A DNA stretch of 63,551 nt, filler included, from Octopus bimaculoides (GCF_001194135.2; 4 parts of 3 records of this genome joined end to end with filler, not necessarily neighbours in it); one strand, 5' to 3'. Counted from the first letter of the whole stretch, positions 1 to 12,468 are shown. The notes: generated by a model from the sequence alone, not told the origin. Numbers and translations are program-made.

Positions 1-298
1 TCTGTGATTGCCTGGAGGACTATGATAAATAAGAGGGGGCTGAGGACTGAACCTTGGTGGACCCCTACTTCTACCTGGAATTCATTACTGTACTCATTTC
101 CAACCCTCACCTTACTGGCAGCATCTCTGTACATGGCTCGCACAGCTCTCACTAACCATTCTTCTATCCCAAGTTTCCTCATTGACCACCAGATAAGGGA
201 TCGGGGGACCCTGTCAAAGGCTTTCTCCATGTCAACGAAAGCCAGGTACAGAGGTTTATCCTTGGCTAGGTATTTCTCCTGCAGCTGTCTTACTAGAA
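1..298 (-). mobile_element. RTE-clade LINE reverse transcriptase fragment
   Basis: Reverse strand reads [35 protein letters not shown]...VGVHQGSVLSPLLFIIVLQAIT (RT core). The +4..525 ORF is its antisense shadow. Confidence 0.93.
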
Positions 299-544
299 AT
301 ATTATACATATTTTTGATTGTTCCACTAGTTCTGCTGCATTTTATTCCTTTCCTGAAAAACTCACAACAGAATGCTTTTATAAATTAGCTATGCATGGAT
401 ATAAGATCTCCCTTCCACCAGTGATGATTGTGTATGTATCACATGAAATTTTGAGATCTCAAAGCCAGCAATCCTGTATGGATATTTATTTTAATATTTG
501 TAAACACATCCCATACCCTGTATAGAATCCTGTATAGATATTTT

Positions 545-2840
545 ATGTAATATTTGTAGGAACATTGAAAAGTAGGTCTAGCGAGATTGTTGAGCTACTT
601 GAACGGATGCGTGTTGATGTATGCTGCATCCAAGAGATAAGGTAGAGAGGAGCTTCAGCCAGGTTCCTCACAAGCAAGACACATAGGTATAAAATTTTCT
701 GGGAAGGTAACAGTGACAGGGTAAGTGGTGTAGGTATACCTCTTGCAGAGAAATGGGTGGATAAGGTCACAGAGGTAGTTAGAGTGAGCGATATAGTACT
801 TAAGCTCAGGCTAGTCTTGCAGAATAGCATAGCGTCAATTATCTCTGCCTATGCCCCACAAGCGGGCCTACCAAATGAACAGAAGGACCATTTTTATGAT
901 ATTCTCCTGCAGGCTACCTCTAAGACAAATAACAAGGATCTCATCTTCATGGCTGGGGACTTTAATGGGCATGTCGGACAGCAGACTGGTATTTTCTATG
1001 GTATACATGGAGGCCATGGAATTGGTTCAAGAAACGAAGAGGGAACAAGGCTACTGGAGTTCTGTGATGCAAATAACCTATTGATCTGCAACACTAACTT
1101 CAGTAAGCCAACCAGCCACCAATCAGATGGCTGCGCTAGCCAAATCAATTACATTCTCATCAGGCAATGGGATGCAAGGTTGCTCTTAAATACAAAGACC
1201 CTCCCTAGTGAAGAATGTATCTCCCAGCATAGATTAGTTGTTAGCGATTTTAGATTCCAGACCAGAAGGATACCAGTCTGGAAAAGGATTTGGAAACTTA
1301 AAGATCCTTCATGTGCTCAGAGATTTAGGGACATCCTAATTCAGAAATTTGATGAGAGGAAAGAGGAGCTACAAACTTGTGACATAGAGGGGAACTGGGA
1401 ATTCCTGTGAGACAGTTTGCTGAGTGCCACAGACCAAATCGGTAGGTGGTGCAAAGTCTTAAGCAGACCTCGAGTAATGTGGTGGTGGAATGATGCGGTA
1501 GACAGGGCCATTAGAGCAAAGAAATAAGCCTGGAAGGACTGGAAGAGTGTGGGTAGTACTAGCAGGGAACTGTATTAGACAGCCAGAAGGGAAGCTAGGG
1601 GACAGATATATCTAGCCAAGGGAGAAACAGAAAAGAAGTTTGCCTGTGTGCAGCGACGTGGGGACCAAACAAGTGAAGTGTTTTGGATTGTAAGACTGAG
1701 TGAGAGAAAATTGTGATGTCAAATTGTTGGATCAGAGGTATCAAATTGTTGGATCATACAATGAAAGTTATGGAGAGAGGGTCATAGCCCAGCTAATTAG
1801 GGAGAGAGTTAGTCTAGATGAGATGCAGTTTGGTTTTGTGCTAGGGAGAAGCACTACTGATGCCATATTTCTGGTCAGACAGCTGCAGGAGAAATACCTA
1901 GCTCCTCTATGCTGATGATCTTGCTCTTATAGCAAGATCATCAGCATACAATCTAGAACTAGAGAAGTTCCAGGTATGGAAGCAAGAACTAGAGAAGTTC
2001 CAGGTGTGGAAGCAAGAACTAGAGAAGTTCCAGGTATGGAAGTAAGGTCTAAAATCAAAGGAGCTTAGAGTTAACCTGGCAAAAACCAAAGTCTTAGTGA
2101 GTAGGAAGGCGGACAAATCATAATCCCTTCAGTAGATGGCCCTGATCAATCTGTAGAAAAGTCATAGGTAGAAACTCCATAAGACACATCCAGTGTAAGC
2201 TTTGGATGCATAAAAGGTGCAGCAATATCAGAGGAAGGTTAACAGGGAAATTAGCTTTTGTGTGTGGAAGATGCACAGGTACAATAAATGCTGAAAATGT
2301 ACAGAAAATAGATTCCATCAACTGTTAGGGGGACAAGCTAGAGGTAGTAGATAGCTTCCGATATCTAGGTGATCAAGTTAGTAGGGGAGGGGGATGATCC
2401 AAGAGCATAGCTGTGAGGATAAGATTATGCTGGGCAAAGTGCAGAGAGCTCCTACCTCTGCTGGCAACAAAGGGCCTCTCTCTTATGTTCGACAGAGTGT
2501 AAGCATTTTGAGAGAAAAGTTAGGCATAAGAGGCATCAGATGTGGTGTGTAAGAGAAACAACTGCACTGGTATGGTCATGTGATGCATATGAACGACAGC
2601 TATGTAAGGAAGTTCTGATCTCTAGCTGTGGAGGGAACCTGTGGTAGAGGTAGACCCAGGAAGACATGAGAAGTGGTGAAGCATGATCTTCGAACTTTGA
2701 GCGTCACAGAAGCAATGACTAGTGACCGAGGCCTTTGGCGATATGCTGTACTTGAGAAGACCCATCAAACCAAGTGAAATTGTAGTCATCGCTGATGATG
2801 GTGTCACATAACTGGCACCCATGCCGGTGGCACGTAAAGA
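545..2840 (+). mobile_element. Degenerate, internally deleted RTE LINE (APE endonuclease, RT remnants and 3' end)
   Basis: EEP motifs SAYAPQ, FMAGDFNGHVG, QINYILIR, SQHRLVVSDF (ORF 757-1410), then RQLQEKYLA, LYADDL, VNLAKTKV, DSFRYLGD and GTCGRGRPRKT, with stops and frameshifts. Confidence 0.93.
1955..2044 (+). repeat. 3 x 30-bp tandem repeat inside the RTE RT
   Basis: Unit agaactagagaagttccaggt(a/g)tggaagca at 1955, 1985 and 2015. Confidence 0.95.
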
Positions 2841-2847
2841 GTACCGT

Positions 2848-2999
2848 TCGAGCATTGGGCCTCACGGAGGCAAAGTGGCTGAGTGCCTTTCGAGCGTTGG
2901 GGCTCATGGAGGCAAAGTGACTGACTTCCTTTCGAGCGTTGTGCCTCACAGAAGCAAAGTGGCTGAGTATCTTTCGAGTGTTGGGCCTCACGGAGGCAA
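2848..2999 (+). repeat. About 3.6 x 42-bp minisatellite at the RTE 3' end
   Basis: Units tcgagc(a/g)ttgggcctcacggaggcaaagtggctgagtgcctt start at 2848, 2890, 2932 and 2974. Confidence 0.9.
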
Positions 3000-3288
3000 T
3001 GACCAAGACCTTTGGCATTATGTAGTGCTTGAAAATAAGACTCATCAAACCAAGCAAAATCGCAGTCGTGGAAGATACCGGTGTCACTCAAATGGCACCC
3101 GTGCCAGTGGCACGTAAAAGCACCCATTGTACTCTTGGAGTGGTTGGCGTTAGGAAGGGCATCCAGCCATAGAAAACCATACCAAATCAAACTGGAGTCT
3201 GGTGCAGTCTTCCAGCTTACCAGCCCTGGTCAAACCGTTCAACCCATGTCAGCATGGGCAACGGATGTTAAATGATGATGATGATGAT
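2985..3288 (+). mobile_element. RTE LINE 3' end / UTR with (GAT)n tail
   Basis: ggcacgtaaaagcaccc...gtggttggcgttaggaagggcatccagc...acccatg.cagcatgg...gttaaatgatgatg; this motif recurs many times in the window. Confidence 0.88.
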
Positions 3289-3578
3289 TGTACACAGAGA
3301 TTGCTTTTACCAGTGCATTTAGATATTTAACTTTACACACACATTCATATATATAATTGAAGTAATGTTGAACATAAGAGGGAATAGGGGTGAGTGGGAA
3401 AATAGTTAAAACGTACTGTTAAGAAAAATTAAAGGTGTTAAAGGAAAACGTCACAAAATGGATTAAGTACCAATTGTTCTAAACGAAATTCTGCACTGGC
3501 AACTTATTGTCACCTCACAATCTCCTTCACTCTCTCTTTTTCTTATCCTTTCTTTCTTGAGCTGATACAATCATCTCC

Positions 3579-3616
<38 letters not shown>

Positions 3617-4457
3617 CTACCTATACCTTTTCTCCTTCGCTTCAGCTTGTGTATCCTACTCTTTCCTTCTTACTCTTAGTTACCTCCCACATTTTCTCTT
3701 CACTAGATGGTTTTCTTTCATCCATCCTCTCTAGAAAACATAAATGACCGAGAGGTATTCATAAACGTACTTAGTAAAAGAAGGAGAGGCAGTTGTAGAG
3801 GTATACAATAAATGGCAGACAACTGCAGCAGTATAAAGTAAACGACAACGTAAACTATGGAAAGGAAAGGCAGATAAAGTTAGATAGAATGATAGATTGA
3901 GAGAAGAAATGACTAAGTTACCTCTGAGCATGAGAATCTATTGCTACATGTAACTGACACCCTAACGTGACATCTGTTTAAACTATATGACCTGTAAGAG
4001 CTCAAAGTTTCAAACTTATTTTTGTGAGCGTGTTGTGTTCTGTTAACTGTGAGACATGTTGAGTCATCGTCGTCGTTTAACGCCCGTCTTCCATGCTAGC
4101 ATGAGTGGAGCATGTTTCTTTATTTGGATCTATTTTAAAACGGGGGCCACAGTTTTCATTAATGTTTTACGTAGTGTTTTTGGTACCGAAAGACTTTCAA
4201 ACTTCGTATACTTATCTATTTTGTGTTATAGAACAGAAAAATATTTTTGTATTCGAATTTATTTCATGTAAAAAATTGTCTTATTTCGATAATTTCAACC
4301 AATCACTGACAAGTATTCAGTTGTTTATATTTACTCCTTTGGCTGATTAAGCGGTGTAAAGCATATTTAATCTCCATAGCTTCGTTTTATTTGCTTTTTT
4401 CATTTTCTTTTTTTTTCTTCGTTTTATTTGCTTTTTTCTTTTTAAATTTGCTGTTTT

Positions 4458-4488
4458 ACCCTAACCCTAACCCTAACCCTAAGGTTAG
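4458..4488. repeat. Short interstitial telomere-type (CCCTAA)4 tract next to a gap
   Basis: accctaaccctaaccctaaccctaaggttag directly before the N-run. Confidence 0.7.
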
Positions 4489-6301
4489 NNNNNNNNNNNN
4501 NNNNNNNNNNNNNNNNNNNNNNNNNNNNNNNNNNNNNNNNNNNNNNNNNNNNNNNNNNNNNNNNNNNNNNNNNNNNNNNNNNNNNNNNNNNNNNNNNNNN
4601 NNNNNNNNNNNNNNNNNNNNNNNNNNNNNNNNNNNNNNNNNNNNNNNNNNNNNNNNNNNNNNNNNNNNNNNNNNNNNNNNNNNNNNNNNNNNNNNNNNNN
4701 NNNNNNNNNNNNNNNNNNNNNNNNNNNNNNNNNNNNNNNNNNNNNNNNNNNNNNNNNNNNNNNNNNNNNNNNNNNNNNNNNNNNNNNNNNNNNNNNNNNN
4801 NNNNNNNNNNNNNNNNNNNNNNNNNNNNNNNNNNNNNNNNNNNNNNNNNNNNNNNNNNNNNNNNNNNNNNNNNNNNNNNNNNNNNNNNNNNNNNNNNNNN
4901 NNNNNNNNNNNNNNNNNNNNNNNNNNNNNNNNNNNNNNNNNNNNNNNNNNNNNNNNNNNNNNNNNNNNNNNNNNNNNNNNNNNNNNNNNNNNNNNNNNNN
5001 NNNNNNNNNNNNNNNNNNNNNNNNNNNNNNNNNNNNNNNNNNNNNNNNNNNNNNNNNNNNNNNNNNNNNNNNNNNNNNNNNNNNNNNNNNNNNNNNNNNN
5101 NNNNNNNNNNNNNNNNNNNNNNNNNNNNNNNNNNNNNNNNNNNNNNNNNNNNNNNNNNNNNNNNNNNNNNNNNNNNNNNNNNNNNNNNNNNNNNNNNNNN
5201 NNNNNNNNNNNNNNNNNNNNNNNNNNNNNNNNNNNNNNNNNNNNNNNNNNNNNNNNNNNNNNNNNNNNNNNNNNNNNNNNNNNNNNNNNNNNNNNNNNNN
5301 NNNNNNNNNNNNNNNCTTTGCAAGTTTAACTCAGTGTTTATTGAACAAGAAAGGTGCAAAATTTAAGAAGCGACTTGTTAGAATATACATGTCTGTGAGG
5401 AGTCATAAACAAAAATAGCAAAAATCTACTGTACCAAAAGAACTAGTAATACATACATTACAAGTGTTCTATGAAGAGAACATAAGATTGCTGCATAATT
5501 CAACATGAATGTGAGGCAACATTAAACATCGTATAAGGCAAATGAAGGTTTCTGTGGGAACGCTAAAAGTCAGATTCACTTAGTGAGTTTACATACATGA
5601 GGATGAATTATGATGTTGTCATTGTGGGCGTTAGATGCAGTAAGAGCTGGTAGTGATGATATCGATGGTGATGAATTTCATTGTGTTGTAACATGGAGAA
5701 AGCGAGCAATAGCTTCCTGGTGTCAATGCAAGCTAGACCCCCCCGCCCAGCAGAGAAAAACCGATCTATTTAAGGAAATTGCTGGGCTCCACAGAGATGT
5801 GAAAGGTTTTCCCACCAAAAGAACACATGATCCATTTGAGGGCATCTAATTGGTTGACCAGGTAATTTGGCGTTATTGTTTAGGGGACAAATTGTGCCTA
5901 AAAAGTACCCAATCAGAACAAGTGATTTAAACATAATCTTTATAGCTAAGTGTTTCTCTGCTACATCCAAACAAAAACTATAAATAAAAGGGAGAGAGAA
6001 TAGTTTGTCATTTCTGCTTTTGTCAATCCATTCTGCTACAGACCATATGGACCCTGGTTGAAAACCACTGATCTAGATGATAGGACATGGAGAAACTCTG
6101 TGCAGAGGCGAAACTAGTACTTCTCTGCTGAAGTCTACCTCAGTTTGGTGTGTCTCAACATTTAATTGTAAATGCATCAAACATAACTAGAATATGTAGA
6201 AACCAGAGATGGTATATAGGCAAAAACAACAGCTATAAAATTCATAAAATAAGAACTATACAAATATCAGAACTTTCCAAACATGTTAATCTTATTCTCC
6301 A

Positions 6302-6428
6302 AGGAGTGGCTGTGTGGTAAGTAGCTTGCTTACCAATCACATAATTCCGGGTTCAGTCCCACTGTGTGGCACCTCGGGCCGACCAAAGCCTTATGAGTGG
6401 ATTTGGTAGACAGAAACTGAAAGAAGCC

Positions 6429-6460
<32 letters not shown>

Positions 6461-6675
6461 GCATGTGTGTGTTTGTGTGTCTATGTTTGTCCCCTCCACC
6501 ATCGCTTGACAACTGATGTTGGTGTGTTTACGTCCCTGTAAATTAACAGTTTGCCAAAAACGATTAATAGAATAAGTACTAGGATTACAAAGAATAAGTC
6601 CTGGAGTCGATTTGTTCGACTAAAAGTGGTACTCCAGCATAGTCACAGTCAAATGACTGAAACAAATAAAGGAAT
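6302..6675 (+). mobile_element. tRNA-derived SINE (octopus OK/OR-like), near full length
   Basis: A-box-like tggctgtgtgg, B-box-like ggttcagtccc, body gtggatttggtagacagaaactgaaagaagccc, internal (AT)n/(GT)n and 3' gtcgatttgttcgactaaa...gactgaaacaa; other copies occur in the window. Confidence 0.85.
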
Positions 6676-8089
6676 ATTAATCTTATTCTCCATATTTTAT
6701 CAAATTTTTCTAAACAAGAAATATACGAGAAAATAAAGTACTAGAGATACACAACTCACTAATGTAATATTTTGTAAGAATTAAATTAATAAAGTCAACC
6801 AGAGATGGAGAGAGCAGAGATACAAGTGACAGTTACTGGATCTTCCCCAAAACTGGTGACATTGATGTGACTGATATCTAAGCCTGAGGGATAAAGACAC
6901 TGTTGATGACTTCTGTAGGTCCTTCTTTCTGACTTGGCAAGATTAATGTGGTGATGTCTAGTCTGAAGGTCAATATCATTGACCATAACCGCTGCTGGCT
7001 ATTGAGATTGATGCAGCTGTTACCTAGCTGGATGGACAGCATGAGGACAATGTAGGTAAGGAACAATTATAATAGAGTAAATTCTGTTAAATGTACTCAA
7101 GGACCAGCAACATTTTTACTTACTTGTGTGTATTTTGATATTAAACATATGGAGACATCTGCTAATATGTATTGATTATAGATAAAAAATAAAGAAAAGC
7201 TTAGACAATAGAAAATAGCAATGTTTAAGCTGTGACACAGAACTTTCATGTTTTGTGATCGAAGAAAATATAAACAAGCTGTAAAAAAAAAATCTAAATT
7301 TAAAGAAAAAAGAGTAAAAATAATGGAACAAAAGTAAAATAAATTTTATAAAAATATAATAATAAAATTGAAAATGTAAAAGGAAAGATACACACACATT
7401 TACAAACACATACATATCTGTATATTTGTATATATCATCATCATCATCATTGTCGCTTACAGTGGCCGTTAAACAACGATGATGATGATATATACAAATA
7501 TACAGATATACATACATATACACACGCACACACACATATATATTTATTATTCTTAAAAAAGAATATTATATATATACATACACATATGCATACATATATT
7601 TATTTATTTATTCATTATTCTTAAACAAGAATATTATTGACAGTGACTTCAAAGTTTCAGCCAGCTAAGCTAAAATATGTATATGCTTATGTATATGCTT
7701 ATATATCTATTACATATGTGGAAAATGGTGGGGGTTGTTTGTGGCGTTGTTAGCTAACTCCTATATCGTTTTATTGATTTTGATGAAACTTGACACGTGT
7801 GTAGAACTCATGTCTGGAAACCTTGTGACATACTTAGATTGTTGAAAAAAATCGATACTAGTGCCCTTCCAATGGATCCTTCTATCTACCGCATATTACT
7901 AATATTTTATTTAAACAACTCAAGGGAAGTAACCCATACCAAAGGCAGATTTTAGTGAAGCGATCAATATTTGATTCTCACGATCAGCCGACCTAATTCT
8001 GCATTTCACTACTCACAGTTTTGAACTGCTAAAATTTATTATTGCATTTCCTTAATTTGAATCTTAAACATTAAAGACTTCATTCGTAC

Positions 8090-9870
8090 TTTTCTATACA
8101 TACATACTTTTTTGAATGCCTGTTACTCCGATAATTCTGCATTTTTACAGTTACACTTTTTCCATGACAGTAGATGAGTTTTTTATTCCACAACATATTT
8201 GTAGTGGCTTCATGCAGGCATAGTGTGGATTTGATCCTCGATTGCCAAATTTCATTAACACTTCAACAGCGCTTTTCTCATGGCAAAACAATAGTTTTTC
8301 TGTGAATGACAGCAGTCATACATTTCCCAGATGCCTTCGCTAAGCAGAATAATGTCAAATCCTATAGGAACCAATGTTATGATCCACAAGGTCAACAAAT
8401 CTCATGTCTTTGTTGTAATTTTGGATGCTTTCAGGCTGTGGAATTGGAACACATTTCTTTTCAGGCCTATCATAGTGCTCAACTGTGGATATTTTATAGG
8501 TTTCAAAATTTGATAGCAAAACAACATCGTTATTATCTTTCCATTTCACAGCGACTGTATTTGAAGTGGACTTGAAGTCAGCTGTTTCTCTGGGGCATGC
8601 TTCCATTTCAGTTTTTGTTTTGAAAGGACATCTAGCCGTCCTATTTTCTCTGCAGGTTCCCAACACATATTCTTTTCTCAAAAAGTTTCTCCATCAATTG
8701 AATACTTGTGAAATAGTTATCAAAAAATATTTTGAAACCTTTATTGTCTGGTACTCTTACAGTATCAATGACATCAAGGACAATGTTCCCACCTAGGCTA
8801 AATGCATTTTTGGTTTTATCAGGACCGTCTTTCTTGCCAGTATAGAGATCAAAAACATGCATATATCCATGCTGAGAACAAAGGACCCAAACTTTGAAAC
8901 CAAACCGAATTGGTTTCCCTTTCATAAATTGTTTGGCATAGTGCTTGCCATAATATGGAATCATACTTTTGTCAACAGAAAGATGTTCTCCTAAGCCACC
9001 ATGTTCCTTGAATTTTTTTGTAAGTGGTCAAGTAGAGGTCTGAGTTTGAATGCATGATTGTCTCCTGAAGTATTGGTGTTATCCACTAAATGGGTATTTC
9101 TCAATATACTCTCAAATCTGTCTTACCTCATGCTATTTTGTAAAATTTTTGGAACATTATCTTCAGATGACCAATACCTTCTTTTATTAGGGTGTGGACA
9201 GTGAGCTGACAGAAGCAATACACCAAAAAATACATACAGCTCTGATTTGCATACATTCAGAGCTTTACCTTTTTTAACAGCATATCGGTTTGTTTCTTCT
9301 TCAATGTCATCCAGTAATTCATCTATGAAGACAAACTAAAGAAATCTATTGGATTTGAGAAAAGATTTTGCTTCCTTGGATAATATCTACAGGCTCACAT
9401 GAATTTGAAACATGATTCACCGCTTCATTTTTCTTCCAATTTCTTGTTTTACTGAATTTAGTTTGTTTTAGATTTCCTGCAACTTCTTCAATTTCTTCAG
9501 GCATATCCTGTTGACAAGAAATTTGAGCATCAGTTTCCAAAAGCCCTCCTTTCAATTGAACTGAGGAACCTACAGCCTCATCATCTGAAGCATCACTATC
9601 ACTGTTGGAGAGTTCTATATCGTGAGGGAGACCCCTGTGAACATTGCCTCCATTGCTCAGCTCTTCTAAACAGCTTCTGCTGCTGTAAGACTAAAAGAAA
9701 AAATCACAATGATATAGAGATGTGTGGACGCAAAATTTATTGTAAATAAAAACCAGAGACTACTTCATATATATTATACTGGCTATTTATAATGCAAAGC
9801 TATATCAACAGGCATGAAATATTAGGTGTATTGTTTTATGTCGAAGTTGCCTGATGTCCATTATAATGGA
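8090..9870 (-). mobile_element. Fossil piggyBac transposon (PGBD-type transposase, disrupted)
   Basis: Frameshifted pieces MIPYYGKHYAKQFMKGKPIRFGFKVW, FFDNYFTS, WKDNNDVVLLSN and YNKDMRFVDLVDH (DDE_Tnp_1_7 motifs), with an acidic N-terminus near 9350-9700. TIRs were not confidently seen. Confidence 0.92.
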
Positions 9871-10158
9871 CAGGGTGTTATATTTTATTTTGTTTACAAC
9901 ATAAATCTTAAATGGTAACAAATGATATTAGTCATCTCACCTATGATCATAAAAAAAACACATAAGAAACCACAATAATGCCTACAGAATTAAATGGAAA
10001 TAATTGGCTTACCATTTACAGTGCATCCTGCTTATACTCACCCTGTTGCACAACTGTGGTTGTTACAAGTTATGGTGCAAGAATTTGTTGAAACAGACTG
10101 CATATGTGTTAAGAACATGTTTCATTCTTTGATACATAAATCACAAACAGTCTTCATT

Positions 10159-10400
10159 GTCATCATCATCATTATCATCATCATTTAACATCTGTTTTAC
10201 ATGCTGACATGGGTTAGACAGCTTGACAGGAACTGGCAAAGACAGGGGTCACACCAGGTTCCATAGTCTGTTTTGGCTTGGTTTCTACAGCCCTCCTAAT
10301 GCTTGCAACCACTTTACAGAGTATACTTGGTACATTTTATGAGGAACCATTACCAGTGCTTTTTATATAGCATCAGCACTACTGCTTTTTATGTGGCACC
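10159..10400 (-). mobile_element. RTE 3' tail fragment
   Basis: (CAT)n then tttaacatctgttttacatgctgacatgggtt...ccctcctaatgc..caaccac, the reverse complement of the tail consensus. Confidence 0.75.
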
Positions 10401-10976
10401 AGCACCCACACCAGTGCATGGCACCTTGGTTGATTAATTTAGTATAATTAAGATGGTTTTGAACCTTTTTCTATTTGTCCAGCTCTGCAGCAAAGAAAGG
10501 AGAACTATATTCACTAAGATTCAAGGTTGAAGCTGGTATTTATCATTAATAGAACCAAGGATCTAGAACTAACTGTTGACTTTTAAGAGAATCTTAGAGC
10601 CATTTGAAGCATTTATGTACATACCTATTCACATACATAGCCAGTGGATGGTTTGATAGTTTCAAAGAAACTCCACTGCAACTCCATGCGTCTATAACTG
10701 TTATCTAACTCTTAATATCATGGCTATACTCATGTTATTAGTGTCTTCATATTTTTGCTGAAAAACTTTCATTTTTGCCTGGTGTAGCCTGAGGTAAAAT
10801 TTTCAAGATTCCAGAGGTAAATTTGAGAATTCTAGTGAGGAAATTATTTTTAGACTATCATTATTTGCCCTAATTTTGCTAGATCTATTTTCTTTTCCAA
10901 GACTAATTAAAGATGTAAGTTATATATAACAAATTATGGTGTATACAAAACTACTTTTTTTGCCTTATTCTATATA

Positions 10977-11692
10977 CAGGGTGTTTGGGCTAAATGTGAT
11001 TTTTATGTCTCCTCTTTCTTTCAGGAACAGCTTGAACAGTCAATGGTGTTGGAGTGCATAAAGACGAAAGTTGTATTTGAGAAAAAGTTAACTGACATGG
11101 AGGACTAGAACCCATCTGAATATTGGGAAAAAGTTGACTGTTTCATGATGATTCGCTCTGGTTATCAAAATACTAACATCTTGACTGATGCCCAATGCTC
11201 TGTGAAACTGCCTGAGACTGTGGTTAAACCTGGCTTGAAAAGTCTGTTGCTGGAAAGCCATATATGTGGCAGCAGGATTCAGCTCTTTGCCATACCTCAG
11301 GAAAGAGTCAGAAGTAGTTTTCAGAAAATTACTATCACTTCACCAGCCCCAATGTCTAGCCTCCTAATTCCCCTGATTTGGATTATTACGTGTGGGACGC
11401 AGTTAAAAAAGACACCAACCATTCTGCCTATAACACCAAGGCCAAGCAGGTCGCCAAGTTCAAAGAAGTGTTTGAAGATTTTCCCAGGGACACAGTGAGG
11501 AATGCATGCTCCAGGTTCTGGAGCCATCTTGAAGTCATGGCAGAAGCTCAAGGTGCTACTTTGAGTAAACTGTTATCTCCCAGCTATAATCTTGTTGATA
11601 TTTTTTGATTTTTTAAAATACTTTTATTTTTGGATGGAATATTGTGTTTTTTTCCTACTATGCAAACTGTCAGATTTAGACCAAACACCCTG
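10977..11692 (+). mobile_element. Non-autonomous maT/Tc1-mariner element with 19-bp TIRs
   Basis: TA|CAGGGTGTTTGGGCTAAAT ... ATTTAGACCAAACACCCTG (18/19 match). Internal transposase C-terminus DYYVWDAVKKDTN...ACSRFWSHLEVMAEAQG. Confidence 0.88.
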
Positions 11693-11696
11693 TTGG

Positions 11697-11830
11697 TGGA
11701 GGCATGGCTGTATAGTCAAGAAATTTGCTTCCCAAATAGATGGCTTTGGTTTTAGTGGGCAAGTGTCTTCTATTAAAGCTCTGTGAGTGGATTTGGTAGG
11801 TGGAAACTGAAAGAAGCTTGTGAGATTTAA
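11697..11830 (+). mobile_element. OK-like SINE 5' fragment
   Basis: ggcatggctgtatagtc...gtgagtggatttggtaggtggaaactgaaagaagc. Confidence 0.7.
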
Positions 11831-11842
11831 ATATATATATAT

Positions 11843-12058
11843 GCGGCTGTACTGAAAAGTTCTTGACTTTAAGGATATTGCGAAAGGTCTGGCTGGAGGC
11901 CCAACCATCTGAATTCTTTTACAGGGCTTAGAAAAACTGAAAGACTGCTGCAATAAGTGTGTGAATCTGAGAAGGGAATATGTTGAATAAAATCATAATT
12001 AACCGATCCTCCACTATTTTCTTTTACCCAAAGCCAGGAACTTTTCAGCACCCACTCC
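11843..12058 (+). mobile_element. Mariner-derived MITE (about 215 bp)
   Basis: Inverted ends ctgaaaagttcttgacttt / aaagccaggaacttttcag; internal residue CNKCVNLRREYVE* resembles a mariner C-terminus. Confidence 0.75.
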
Positions 12059-12437
12059 ATATATCTCAGATAGCCACCTATGTATCATACTTTATGTATA
12101 CACACTGTTGATTGATCAGTTACTGTAGTATTTCTCCTGAGATAACATCTGTTCTAGATTTGGGCTTGCTGTGTTAAAAGCACAATAAATATTATAGAGA
12201 GAGAGAAAGAGTAAGAGAAACAAAAATTCATCCCACCAGTGGCTAGTAAGAGCCCCAGATGCATTTCAGCTTTTTTGGATGCTTTTCCAAAAGCACATAC
12301 GTACAGCCAGCCACTTGCTTTAGTGAATATTTGTTGTCTCTGATATGGAAAGAAGTGAATAAACGATTCACTGATGATGTGAAAGTTTGTGTACAAGTGA
12401 GTACGTGTGTGTGTATGCATGCATGTGTGTGTATGCA

Positions 12438-12468
<31 letters not shown>

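Noticed and set aside
4-525. 173-aa plus-strand ORF
   Set aside because: It is the antisense shadow of an RTE RT fragment.
4391-5359. Long ORFs in the track spanning X-runs (also near 18700-19400, 20100-21270, 34260-35060, 52570-53390, 58030-58870 and 62180-62750)
   Set aside because: They are open only because N bases contain no stop codons.
6020-6040. AGC AGA ATG GAT TGA (SRMD*) on the minus strand as the PSMB3 C-terminus
   Set aside because: The upstream codons are unrelated and belong to a MITE terminus; there is no suitable acceptor.
6302-6375. tRNA-like A/B boxes (also 36436, 36684 and 47655)
   Set aside because: These are degenerate SINE heads followed by SINE bodies; no complete cloverleaf is evident.
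6795-7066. Two overlapping minus-strand ORFs of about 62 aa
   Set aside because: I see no recognisable motifs; this may be decayed LINE sequence but I cannot support a call.
10042-10097. Possible 56-nt minus-strand exon (cag|...CAGG|GTGAGT, SVSTNSCTITCNNHSCAT)
   Set aside because: The polypyrimidine tract is weak, there are no partner exons or homology, and it is compatible with chance.
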